Shown here in pieces: positions 1-13,819 of a stretch of DNA of 64,000 nt (positions within the stretch are counted from its first letter, which is position 1; every line of letters starts with the position of its first letter). Made by a program: the position numbers and the translations under genes. Source of the DNA: the human T2T-CHM13v2.0 reference genome, Homo sapiens. The stretch lies in assembly GCF_009914755.1 (NCBI RefSeq), contig NC_060928.1. One strand, given 5' to 3'. Below the pieces are notes generated by a model that ran no database searches, was not told the origin of the DNA, and worked only from the letters and a program-made list of their open reading frames with translations.

Positions 1-234
1 CTTATCACTACATTTGCTCCCATTTAACATTTTCTTCTGTTTCTTTAAATTTTGAATTTTTATGGATGCATAGTAAGTGTATATATTTATGGAGAACGTG
101 AGATATTTTGATACAGACATACAATGTGTAGTAATCATGTCAGGGAAAATAGGTGCCTGTCACTTTAAGCATGTATCATTTTTTGATGTTACAAACATTC
201 CAATCACACTATTTTAGTTACTTTTAAACGTACA

Positions 235-517
235 GGCCAAGTGCAGTGGCTCATGCCTGTAATTCCAACACTTAGGAAGGCTGAGGTGGGTGGATCAGTT
301 GCACCCAGGAATTAGAGACCAGCCTGGGCAACATGGCAAAACCCCATTTTAACAAAAAATTAGCCAGGCATGCTGGCATGCACCTGCAGTCCCAGCTACC
401 TGGGAGTCTGAGGTAGGGGATTACTTGAGCCCAGAAGGTTGCAGCTGCAGTGAGCGGTGATGGTGCCTCTGTACTCCAGCCTGGGCAACAGAACAAGACC
501 CTGTTTCGAACATAAAG
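235..517 (+). mobile_element. AluJ
   Basis: Dimeric Alu with J-type positions (ttgagcccagaaggttgcagctgcagtg). TSD ttaaacgtaca (224-234) / taaaatgtaca (518-528). Confidence 0.9.
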
Positions 518-718
518 TAAAATGTACAACAAATCATTGTTGATTATAGTCACCTGGTTGTTCTATCAAATAGTATATTTTATTCATTCCACTTAACTAC
601 ATTTTTGTACTCATTAACCATCCCCACCTTCTGTCCCCTCCCCACTACCCTTCCCAGCCCTGGTAACTATCAATCAATGCCCTGTCTCCAGGCATTCAAT
701 TATTTTAATTTTGCTCCC

Positions 719-1036
719 GGTAGGGTGTGGTAGCTCACACCTGTAATCCTAGCACTTTAGGAGGTTGACGCAGGTGGATTGCCAGAGCTCAGGAGTTTGA
801 AATCAGTGTAGCCAACATGGTGAAACCCAATCTCTACTAAAAATACAAAAAAAAAAAAAAAAAAAAAGCCAGGCATGGTGGTGCACACCTGTAGTCCCAG
901 CTACTCAGGAGGCTGAGGCATGAGAATCCCTTGAACCCAGGAGATGGAGGTTGAAATGAGCCAAGAATACACCACTGCACTCCAGTCTGGGTGACAGAGT
1001 GAGACTCTGTCTCAAAATAAATAAATAAATAAATAA
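719..1036 (+). mobile_element. AluS with expanded middle A-tract and (AAAT)n tail
   Basis: Full Alu body. Flanks resemble a TSD (ttgctcc on both sides). Confidence 0.9.
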
Positions 1037-2609
1037 ATTGCTCCTACAAATTAGAGAGAACATGTGAAGTTTTGTCTCTGTCTCTGTCTTTCTGTGCCTG
1101 GCTTACTTCACTTAACATAATGTCCTGTAGTTCCATCCGTGTTGCAAATGACAAGATCACATTTTTTCTATGGCTGAATAATACTTCATTATGTGTAAGT
1201 ATCACATTGTCTTTATCCATTCATCTGTTAGTGAATACTTCGGGTGCTTTCAAATCTTGGCTCTGGGGAATAGTGCTGCAATAAACATGGGAGTGCAGAC
1301 ATTTCTTCTTTATACTGATATTTCTTTTGGGTATATACCCAGCAGTGGGATTGCTGTAGTAGTGATATTTTGAGTGCTTTACGGAACCTCCGTACTGTTC
1401 TCCATAGTGACTGTACAAATTTACATTCTCAAAAGCAGTGTACCAGGGTTCCCTTTTCTCTACATTCTCATCAGCATTTGTTACTGCCTGTCTTTTGGAT
1501 AAAAGCCATTTCAACTGGCATTAGGCTATATCTGATTATAGATTTTATTTGCATTTCTTTGATGTTCAATGATGTTGAGCACCTTTTCATATACCTATTT
1601 GCCATTTATGTGCCTTCTTTTCAGAAATACATGTTTAGATCTTTTGCAAATTTCAAAATTATTAGATTTTTTATAGAGTTGTTTAAGCTTCTTATGTATT
1701 CTGGTTATTAATCCCATATCAGATGAATTGTTTGTAATTATTTTATGTCATTCTGTGGGTTGTCTTGTCACTTTGTTTTTTATTTCTGCTGCTCTGCAGA
1801 AGCTTTTTAACTTGATGTGATCTCATTTGCCTATTTTTACTTTGGTTGCCTTTCTTGGTATTACTCAATAAATTTTTGCCCAGACCAATGTCCCGGACAG
1901 TTTCTCCAATATTTTCTTTTAAGTAGTTTCATAGCTTTAGGTCTTACATTTAATTCTTTAATTCATTAAAGACATAATGGATTAATAAAAACATTTTCTT
2001 CAGTTTCTTAAAAGTTAGACTTTATGTCCCATGTTAGCCCTTGATTGTCATCTTTTTCTCACCATAATCCCATCTCCTTTGCCCCAATTAAATATCACTA
2101 TATTGTGTAATTTACCTCCTAAAAAAAACTTCTCTGTAAAATATCTACTTTTCACTTATTGTTGTATTCTTGTAAATGATCATTATATGTGTTCTTTTCA
2201 GGGGGTCCTGAAAATACTGTACTACATTCATCATGGTAGTTAAAAAGAATTGCATAAACCACCGAATTATTTAAGCCAAGATTAGCCATAATAAATACAA
2301 AGAAGTGACTCATAAAAATATAAGTGAATATCAGTTTGATAGAACTAGATCTGGCAATGATAGGCAATAATAAAATAAACGATATTAGCTGTAAACAAGG
2401 ATCTTTTCTTTCTCCTTTCTCACTTTGCCATCCCAGAATAGGTTGTAATCTACACTTGCCTGGATTACTGCAATGGTTTTATACCTGGATTACTAGATTC
2501 CAGAATGTCATTGTTTTATCCATTATGCCTTGCATTTTTATAGATTGATTTTTAGAAAATTCAAATTTTCTCATATAAATTATACTTTTAATTTTTATTT
2601 ATCTAATAA

Positions 2610-2883
2610 TTTTTTTAGCAATAGGGTCGCACTCTGTCACCCAGGCTGGAGTGCAGTTTTGGGATCCTATTCACTGCAGCTCCAAACTCCTGGGCTTAAG
2701 GGATCTTCCCATCTCAGCTTCCTGAGTAGCTGCAACTACAAACATGTTCCACTATGTCCAGCTATTTTTTTTTTGAGAAATGGGGTCTCACTATATTGTC
2801 CAGGCAGGTCATGAAATCCTGACCTCAAGTAATCCCCTTGCCTCAGCCTCCCAAAGTGCTGTGATTATAGGCATGAGCCTGGC
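2610..2883 (-). mobile_element. AluJ (decayed)
   Basis: Reverse-complement Alu: cccaggctggagtgcag...cctcccaaagtgctgtgattataggcatgagcc. Confidence 0.88.
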
Positions 2884-3208
2884 TTAATTTTGTTTTTTGT
2901 TTTTTGTGGTTTTTTTTGTATGATACATTACAATTTTTATTCTGTCACATTATGAAACATCTTTATAATTAGATGATACCAATGTATTTCCATTAATATT
3001 AAATAGAGAACTTAGGTTCCAATACATGGTATCAACCACGATATTCTTGACAGGGCTTACCCTCATGAAATACAATCTGCAGTTGTATAGCACTGCTTGG
3101 AATGCATTATTCATCGTGAAAATGCTTCATTTTGAAAATATCATTGTTGCCAAACAGCTCAACCAAGTTCTTTAATTTCATCTCTATCGTTAAGAAAGGA
3201 AATATTCT

Positions 3209-3584
<376 letters not shown>

Positions 3585-3982
3585 TCATGGGGGAATGGAG
3601 TGAAAATTGAGTAACTACTCAACCGAGAATTTAGAACCATTTCACAATGGCTCTGATTTGACAGGGCTTAAATGGAGCAAATTTTTGGATGGTGAAACAT
3701 ACTAATGTCATGTACTTTGAAAAGAAGAAAAACATTTTAATGACCAAATTGTGCATTTTACATAATTGAAAACATTAATTTGAGGAACAATAAACTTGTA
3801 TTTCAACTACTCTCATTTTTGAGCAATGTGGGAGATAATAACAATCTGTGACTCACCATTGCTACTTGTGTCTCTAAAGCACAATAAAAATCAGAAATAA
3901 AAAGAAACAAAATACCAGAATGATATTGTTGTTGAGGTGAACTGAGAATAAGGTGCACTGTAGGCTTAAAACTGAAGTACAG

Positions 3983-4332
<350 letters not shown>

Positions 4333-5172
4333 CTAAATGATATTTCGCTTATTTCTACTACTTCTCTTTGAGGAGGTAAATTTGGAGATTCCCTCATTAC
4401 ATTCAGGCATTAAAGTGCCCACTACATTTACTATAGAGTTGATGGTTTATAATTGTGTAAAAAAATTATTCATGCTTTCCAGATACAGAATAGGCTCTAA
4501 TATGATAAATAGATAGATCTTTAGGAGAAGTATTAAGTTTACCTGACCAAAGACATGGATTTTGAGTTAGTTTTGTCCCTTCAAATTTATCTATAAAAAT
4601 TATAAAGTAAAAATTATAAAATAAATCAATTTACATTAAATATTAGGTTTCAAGCATACACATGTAGATTGTGCTTAAACACACTTCTGAAGTTAAATTA
4701 ATAATGTTATTGTCATGATGTGATTGTGATTTCATTAAAGTTTATTGTCTGTATCAGTTGACTTAGTAAGTTAAATCTGTCACCTAATAAAGTCAAAGTG
4801 TTGAAGCTGATGCATGGATAGCCTAGGGCATTCTGATACTTTTATATTCTCTCTAGATACTTTCAACATTAAGAACCTTGGTCAAGAAAGAAAGATGATG
4901 GAAGACAGTGACTAATAGCACCACCCATCAATAATGATGGAACTTTATATTTCATAGGTTAAATTATCTAGAATGTGATTGAAACTAATGAAAACACATA
5001 AAAATATATAAGGAGACTGAGAAGAACAGCATCATCCTAAACTCAAAATTTCCATCGTCTCATCTCAAGATGGTCTGAGGCATTTAAAATTTAACTTATA
5101 CTTCCAACTTTTCAACTGTTTTATGTTCTTTTTTTCTTTTCCTAAAAATGCTAATTTTCATAGTACATCACT

Positions 5173-5695
5173 TATGGTAGGCAGAATAATGATTCCCTAC
5201 CGATGTGCACATCCTAAACCAAAGAACTCATGAATGTGTTATGTTAAATGGCAAGGAGGAATAAAGTTTCCTGATAAAATTAAAGTCAATAATCAGATAA
5301 CATTGAGATGGGAACTTATCCTGAATTATCCCAAAGAGCCTAATGTAATCTCAAGTGTGTATAAATGTACAACAGGGAGGCAGAAGAAGAGTCAGTGTTA
5401 GAATGATGTGATGTGAGAGTTACTTACTCACCCAATCATTGTTAGCTTTGAAGATGGAAGGAGATCAATGAGTCAAATAATGCATACATTAATAGCTTCT
5501 AGGCCTGGAAAAGGCAACTAAAGAGTTTATTCTTTAAAGCCTGCAGAAAAAAATGTAGCCCTTCCAACATCTACATTTCAGCCCATTGAAATTCATTTAG
5601 GGCCATTAACCTGTAGAACTATAAGAATATATTTGTTTTATTATAAGCTGCAGAGTTTGGGAAAATTTGTTACAGCAGCAAAGGAAACATATACA
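5173..5695 (+). mobile_element. MaLR solo LTR, MLT1D/E-like
   Basis: Starts tatggtaggcagaataat and ends ttgttacagcagcaaaggaaacatataca, both typical MLT1 termini. Confidence 0.8.
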
Positions 5696-6274
5696 TCATA
5701 CAAGAGCATTCTTATCAGTATCCTTGATATCTTGCCTTACACTTTTCTAGAACTACATTGTCACACTTGAATTATTCAATTTTTTCTCGAATTCTGGAGT
5801 TGATAAAAATCTGTTTTTGACAATTAATTAATTATGCCAAATAGAAGAGTATGCACAGTATTAATGTGGCAGAGAAAGGATCTATTATTTACTTCATTGT
5901 TGATTTCATTGAATAGCAATCATATTATTTTATTTTATATTTTATTGTATAATTAAATAATAGTCATTGAATAATAATCATATTACCCACTTCCTTGGAT
6001 TATAGATATGAATTTTAAAGTTTTGAGAATCTTTAAATCTATGATTTGTTTATTCATTTTGTGTGATTAGGAAGAGTTAGATAGTTTTGGTATGTGCACA
6101 CTCTGAATTCTTGATCAAGTCTGTCACTGCAAATTAATTGTTAAATTTTCAATATTAATAACAGTATAGTATTACTAAAAATCTATTTTAATTATACTTA
6201 CAATAGCTTCACTTTCCACATTGTGAAGCATTTGCACCAAAACATTTTATTTAGCTGATATAACTTACTATCAT

Positions 6275-6495
6275 AAAGTTACAAGTGTGGACTCTGAAAT
6301 AAAACTGAGTTTAAATCTGTTTTTGTAATTTATTAATTGTATAGCCTTTGGCAAATTAGTTAAGTTACATGTGTTTCAGCTTTCTCACCTATCAAATTAG
6401 TATAACTATATTTACATTGTACAATTGTTGCTGAAGATTAAATATAATAATTATTATGAATATAGCACACTGTAAGAACCCAGTAAAGATTAACG
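6275..6495 (+). mobile_element. MIR SINE
   Basis: Core ctttggcaaattagttaag...tttcagctttctcacctatcaaat; tail gaagattaaatataata. Confidence 0.7.
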
Positions 6496-6943
6496 TCTTT
6501 ATAATCATTTATTTGCATAATGTGCTCTTATAATTCACTGAGAAAATACTTACTTTTAGCCACAGTTATCTCCAATTCTTCTGTTCTCTTAGTATAAGCT
6601 TTTTTATTTACCTGACCTTCCTTCCTATCTTTAGGGGCAGGTGCTTTTAAGTCTATCTGAAGTTAAACCCTTCACTTCTGCCATCTCTACTCACATTTCT
6701 TAATTTCTATAGAAAACGGATTCATCAGTCATTGTCTTTAAAACTGAAGTATTTAACTCACTCTCTGACATGGTCTTTCTTACTCATTTTATAAACACAT
6801 TGATTCTAGCTCTTCATAAGTAAACAGTCCCAAATCTATTAATATGTGTTCCATCATCCATCTCCCTTACAGCATCAAGCTTCCAGAAAGTGTGGATTGT
6901 TATTGCTGCCCACACTTTTTCACTAAAACCTAAAACTATTCTT

Positions 6944-7280
6944 ATTTATTTATTTATTCATTGATATTATTTATTTATTCATTGATATGGAGTCTCATGT
7001 TCTCACCAAGGCTGAAATGCAGTGGCACCATCATAACTCATTATGACCTAGAATTCATGGGATCAAGCAAACCTCCCACCTTAAACTTCCAAGTAACTGG
7101 GACCACAGGAGGGCATCACCACACTCAGATTATTTTTAATTTTTTGTTTTGTTTTGTTTTTGTAGAAATAGGATCTCACTATGTTGCCTAGGCTGGTCTC
7201 AAACTCCTGGCCTCAAGCAATCCCCTTGCCTTGGCCTGCCAAAGTGCTGGGATTATGGATGTCAGCCACTGCACCCAGCC
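6944..7280 (-). mobile_element. AluJ
   Basis: Reverse Alu with (TTTA)n tail. TSD-like taaaactatt at 6931-6940 and 7283-7292. Confidence 0.9.
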
Positions 7281-7318
7281 CATAAAACTATTATTAATAG
7301 CATTATTTATGGCTTTGC

Positions 7319-8425
7319 AAAACCCAAAACTATAAAAACCCTAGAATAAAATCTAGGCAATACCATTCAGGACATAAGCACCAGCAAATAATTCATGATG
7401 AAAACGTCAAAAGCAATAGCAACAAAAGCAAAAATTGACAAATGGTATCTAATTAAACTAATGAGCTTCTGCACAGAAAAAAAAAAACAGAACAGACAAC
7501 TTACAGAAAGAGAAAATTCTTGCAATCTATCCATCTGAAAAATGTTTAATACCCACAATCTACAAGGAACTTAAACAAATTTACAGGAAAAAAATTAAAA
7601 AGTGTCCAAAGGACAGGAACAGACACTTCTAAAAAAATATTCATCCAACAAGCATATGAAAAAAGCTCAACATCACTGATCATTAGAGAAATGCAAATCA
7701 AAACTACAATGAGATTTCATCTCACACCAGTCCCAATGGTGATAATTACAAAGTCAAGACACAACAGATGCTGGGGAGGCTGTGGAGAAATAGGAAAGCT
7801 TTTACACTGTTGGGGGGCATGTAAATTATCTCAACCATTGTATAAGACAGTGTGATGATTCCTCAAAGACCTAAAGACAGAAATAACATTCAACTTAGCA
7901 ACCTCATTACTGGGTATATACCCAAATAAATATAAATTGTTCTATTATAAAGACACATGCACACATATGTTTACTGCAGCACTATTCACAATAGCAAAGA
8001 CATAGAATCAACCTAAATGTCCATCGCTGATAGACTGGATAAAGAAAATGTGGTACATATACACCATGGAGTACTATGCAGCCATAAAAAGGAATGAGAA
8101 TATGTCCTTTGCAAAGACATGAATGGAGCTAGAAGCCATTATCCTCAGCCAACTAACACAGAAACAGAAAACCAAACACCACATGTTCTCACTTAGGAGC
8201 TGAACAATGAGAACACATCAACACAGAAAGGGGAACAATACACACTGGTGCCTGTCAGTGGGTTGTGGGAGGGACAGCATCAGGATAAATAGTTAATGCA
8301 TGTGGAGCTTAAATACCTAGGTGATGGGTTGGTGGGTGTAGCAAACCACCATGGCACACATTTACCTATGTAACAAACCTGCACATCCTCATATGTATGT
8401 ATCCTGGAACTTAAAATAAAATAAT
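7319..8425 (+). mobile_element. 5'-truncated old L1P (L1PA13-16-like) 3' end
   Basis: ORF2 C-terminal sequence, then 3' UTR ending gcaaaccaccatggcacacatttacctatgtaacaaacctgcac...aacttaaaataaaat. Confidence 0.92.
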
Positions 8426-8479
8426 TGTTTTTAAAAAAGAAATTGTTTATAATTTTCTCCTTCTTTATGATTCTACCCT

Positions 8480-8960
8480 GTGGTCACTCCTGCTAAAACC
8501 ATTTTCAAAAATTTGTGGGTTTTCTTATCTTATTCACTACTAACCCAAGTTTCTTCCACTCCCTCCCTCCGAGAATGTTTATTTTCTGTCTTCTTTTCTA
8601 GCTTTTACTCCTTTTCAGATTCACTATATGCTAAGGCATTATATTTTAATGACTTTCTCAAATGACTTGGGGAAACACATTCATTTTAGGAAACAAATGA
8701 TTATCAAAGCTCTACTCAAATGTAGCCCCGTCCTAAATTTTAGTAGTTTATTTTAATTCTTCTACTGGTTAAGTACACATAAATATCTTGCAGCACCTCA
8801 AAATTTAATATTAGGTAGTGAACATGCTGCATGTCTATTCCTATGGAAATAAAGACTGTTTCTCCTCCTCTACTCTCTATTTCAATTAGCAAGTTCACCT
8901 CAACCTCCCTCTCTAGCAGTTTCAAATGCACTCCTTGCTTCATCTTTTAAATGCTGCATT
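8480..8960 (+). mobile_element. L2 fragment (very decayed)
   Basis: L2-like motifs such as cagcacctcaaatttaat, with pyrimidine-rich composition. Confidence 0.45.
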
Positions 8961-9714
8961 TCATTCTGTCACCTAATTATTAATTCAGCATTTATCACAT
9001 AGATATTGAACATATACTGTGTGCTATGAACTACTAAAAGCTGAACATGCAAAAATAAATGAGAAAAAAATTCCCCCTATAGAGGTAAAATGTGACAAAT
9101 GAAGAAAGGCTAGCTGTGTGTGGTTTTGTGTGTGCAACTTTGAAATGGGTAATGCAGTGGATACTGTGTTTGACTCTAGAAGAGCCTTTCTATCTAAAAT
9201 AATTAATCTAAACCAATACTGTTAATTACAATCTCACTGTTGTTGAATGATTTGTGAATGGCTATTTGATTCAATTCTCATATATGAGATATGAAGATCC
9301 GGCTGCTGGAGTACCCTGGGGAAGTCCCGTCCTAAATGAGAGCCACAGGAAGAGTTTTTCTTCTTCCTCCAAACTTCATCATGATTACAACTGTATTTTA
9401 GGTCTACTGTCATGCAAACAGAAAATGCTGCTTTTCAAGTATATGTATATCCATGGTTGTTTACCACAGGACATTTGATGAATCATTTTCTTATTTAATA
9501 GTGTAGAAGTAAGAGTGTGATAATTTTTCTTTAATATTTATTTAATAGACTCAATACAAATCAATGGATAATAACATGTCCCTCCGAAGAATGAATGATG
9601 TTGATGTTCCATTGTTCTCAATATTTTGTTAAGAGCAAAGTTACAACTTTATCTTTGGTAACGTTTGTCAACTTTTAGTAACTGTAAAATGTAAAAGAAA
9701 TAAAAACGCCTTTT

Positions 9715-10061
<347 letters not shown>

Positions 10062-11202
10062 TTAAAAACTTCTGAGATAAAGCTATTTGTAAATGAATTG
10101 GGAGGGAATAATAATGGGAAAACACATTTTAAGGGCATTTTTTACAGTGTTGAATATTGAAACTGAATATCACAAGACATAATTTTAAAAATTATTCAAA
10201 ATTACAAGACCCAATTACCAACGTAAATTTGATTTTACAAATAAGCTATATAAAGACAAAACATTATATTCCTGATTCCAGTTGCCAACACAGTAAAATA
10301 ATTCATACTGAAAAAAATTTTATTTGAACACTCCAAATAATGTTAAAAGTGGTAAATAGATATATCATAGCATTAAAATGTAGCTTTTTGTTTCAGACAA
10401 TAATCAATTTCATACCCAATATTTTATCACAAATATTAAAAGCATAGTGGTAGGTAGTATGGTTAAAAGTCACAATATTTCAGGAAAGAAGTAATGCACA
10501 TGCTGCCGGTTTAACATGTTTATTTTGATAAATTGAGTGTGGAATTTAAACATGTAGGTCTCTTATAAGAGTGTGTAAGATAACTCATATCTCCAAATTT
10601 CTAAATAAAATAAGAAAAATTCATTATGAACTCAGTTGTGTACAAATTTTTATGCGAATTATTAGTAATTTAAAAAGCGACAGTAAGGTGTGTTTTCTTC
10701 TTTTCTAAAAACAGCAAAAGACAAACCTTAACATTTGACATTTTTAAAATTCTGGACATTAAAAAGAACACACAGGTACATAAATATTCTTTAAATTTTT
10801 CTAAAATTTAAGCACAAGTATAGTGTCTCAAATCTACAAAGTAGGTAAAAGATTTCCATTAGTTGCTTGGCAACATCATTTTATGTTCTGCAGTGGAATT
10901 TCAGATTGATGAATTATTTTTAAAGCTATCTGCATAAAGTTGTTGGAAACTTGATCAGGTATAGTTAAGTTCACTGAAATTTCCATACATCTGAGTGCTT
11001 TGTATAAAATAAAATAATAATAGTATTAGCATATGACAGATGCACAATAAATGGCTGCCAATTTGCATTTTGCCAATTATGATCTGTGTGCTCAAAAATT
11101 TAAATTGCATTTACTTGTTACTTTAAATTATATTAGGAAATATCATTTTCCAGTACTGAAACTGAATTCTGTATTAAAGAATATGGATTTCTCAATGTAC
11201 TT

Positions 11203-11204
<2 letters not shown>

Positions 11205-11233
<29 letters not shown>
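11205..11233. repeat. (AC)14 microsatellite
   Basis: Read directly from the sequence. Confidence 0.97.
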
Positions 11234-11237
<4 letters not shown>

Positions 11238-11744
11238 TGGCAAAAGTAGTGATTTTCCTTAGTGGTACAATTTTAAGGTTTCTTTTTTGGTAACTCTTGA
11301 CACAGAATTCCTGATTTCTTATCAAAGCTGTACTTCTTTATATTACAAATTTGTGTTTTAAAAGCAGTTGTTCTAAAGTAATAACACCAGCCTAAAGGGT
11401 TGTCACTAATTATTTGCAGTAACTTCACCAGGTTACTTTCCTATGCAAAGAGACAAATATATAAGAATCAAGGAGAGATAATGTGAAAAGAGGTGAATAT
11501 GTATTATGTTTGAAGTTCATAGACTTGCATGGGTGAGGCATGGGAATCAAGATACTCAGAAATTGACTATAATTTGATATAAGCTAAGCCTCTTTGTAGG
11601 CAGATAAAAGATTTGGAAAAAGAAAAAAAACTGATATGGGAGGTGAGAAAGTACTAAGATTCTTGAGTTGTAAACTTCCTTTTCCGTGTATTGGCGCTAG
11701 TATTTCACCACTTCCTGGGATTTCAAAATTTAGGATGGTTCTTT

Positions 11745-12771
11745 ATTGTAATTATTATTTTAAACATTTTTACTTACTATTTTTTTTCTTTTGAGTTTTA
11801 TGTTCCGGGGGTACATGCACAGGTTCGTTGCATTGATAATTTGCAGGTCACTGAGGTTCGGTGTACAAATAATCCCAACACACAGGTAGTGAGCATGGCA
11901 CCTAATAGGTAGTTTTTCAAGCCACTCCTCTCTCCCACTCTCCCCACTTAAGTGGTCTCCAGTGTCTATTGTTCCTATCTTTGTGTCCATGTGTATTAAA
12001 TATTTAGCTCCTATTTATAAGTGAGAACATGTGGTATTTTGCTTTCTGTTCCTGTGTTATTTTGCTTAGAATAATGACCTCCAGCTGCATCCATGTTGCT
12101 GCAAAAGACATAATGTCATTCCTTCTTTTATGGCTGTGCAGTATTCCATGGTGTACATACATATTTTCTTTATTCGGTCCACTGTTGATGGGCATCTAGG
12201 TTGATTTCATGTCTTTGCTATTTTGAATAGTGCTGCAACAAACACACAAGTGCAGGCATCTTTTCGATAGAATGATTTATTTTCCTTTGGGTATATAGCC
12301 AGTAGGGAAATTGATGGATGAAGTGAAAATTATCTTTAAAGTTTTTTGAGAAATCTCCACACTGCTTTCCACAGCAGCTGAACTAATTTACATTCCCATC
12401 AACAGTGTTTAAGTGTTTCCTTTTCTCCACAACATCACCGACATCTGTTGGGGTTTTTTTTGGCTTTTTAATAATAGCCATTCTGACTGGTATGATATAG
12501 TTTCTCATTGTTGTTTTAATTTGCATTTATCTGATAAGTAGTGATGTAGAGCATTTTTTTATGTTTGTTGGACACTTGTATGTCTTTTTTTGAGAAGTAT
12601 CTGCTCATGTCTTTTGCCTGTATTTTAATTGATTATAGTTTTGTTGTTGTTGTTGATTTTTAAGTTTCTTATAGTTTCTAGATAATAGACCTTTTGTCAG
12701 ATGCTGTTTTCTGTTGTTGTTTATTGTTTAAGTTCCTTGTAGTTTCTAGATGTTAGACCTTTGTCAGATGC
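11745..12771 (-). mobile_element. L1PB/L1PA15-16-like 3' segment (non-inverted part of a 5'-inverted L1)
   Basis: Minus-strand 3' UTR and ORF2 C-terminus. ORF 12004..12195(-) contains IMSFAATWMQLEVIILSKITQEQKAKYHMFSLI, the end of ORF2p. Confidence 0.92.
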
Positions 12772-13819
12772 AAAACCCTACCCACAGACTTCACAAAACG
12801 CTTGTAGAACTGATAAATGACTTCCATAAAGTTTCAAGATACAAAATCAGTGTACAAAAACCAGTAACATTTCTATAACATCCAAGCTGAAAGCCAAATC
12901 AAGAATTAAATCCCATTTACAATAGCCATGTTAAGAATAAAATACCTAAAAATATGGATAAGTCAAGAGGTGAACTACTTCTACAGCGAGAATTACAAAA
13001 CATTGCTGAAGGAAAACAGAGACGACACAAGTGAATAAAAAAAAAAATCCATGCTCATGGATAGAAAGAATCAATATTGTTAAAATGGCCATTCTACCCA
13101 GAATAATTTATAGATTACATGATATTCCTTTCAAACTACCAATGATATTTTTTACAAATTAAAAAAAAGTTCTAAAACTCATAAGGAAACAAAAAAGAGC
13201 CCAAATAGCCAAAGCAATTCTAACCAAAAAGAACAAAGCCAGAGGCATCATACTACCCAACTTCAAACTATACTGTAAGGCTCCAGTAACCAAAACTGCC
13301 TGGTACTAGTGGAAAAACAAACAAACAAACAAAAAAACAGGCACAGAGGACAATGGAACAGGCTAGAGAACCCAGAAATAAAGTTGCATACCTACAACCA
13401 TCTGATCTTCAATGAAGCTGACAAAAACAAGCCATGGAGAAAGGACTCCCTATTCAATACATGGTGCTGGAATAACTGGCTAGCCATTATCCTGCAGAAG
13501 ATTTAGACAGGACCCCTTCCCTTCAACACATACAAAAATTAACTCAAGATGGATTAAAGACTTAAATGTAAGACCTAAAACTGTAAAAACTCTAGGAGAA
13601 GGCTTAGGAAATGAAATTCTGGACATTGGCCTTGGCAATAAAAGTAATAAATGGAATTTATGACTAAGTCTCCAGAAGCAATTATGATGAAAACAAAAAT
13701 TGAAAAGTGGGGCCTAATTAAACTATAGTGCTTCTGCACAGCAAAAGAAACTATCAACAGATTAAACAGACAACCTACAGAATTGGAGAAAATATTCACA
13801 AACTATACATTCATCAAAG
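12772..13819 (+). mobile_element. Inverted 5' segment of the same L1 (ORF2, post-RT region)
   Basis: Plus-strand ORF2 sequence. ORF 13309..13506 contains [20 protein letters not shown]...[16 protein letters not shown]. The segment ends at the L1 position where the minus segment begins. Confidence 0.9.

Larger units (their letters stand above)
40..1967 (-). mobile_element. L1MA-type LINE-1 3' fragment (3' UTR plus ORF2 end), interrupted by two Alus
   Basis: L1MA 3'-end motifs on the minus strand. ORF 1221..1514(-) resembles the decayed ORF2p C-terminus. The L1 sequence resumes after each Alu. Confidence 0.85.

Noticed and set aside
1072-1711. Overlapping hydrophobic ORFs (70-113 aa)
   Set aside because: They are antisense or frameshifted reads of a decayed L1MA.
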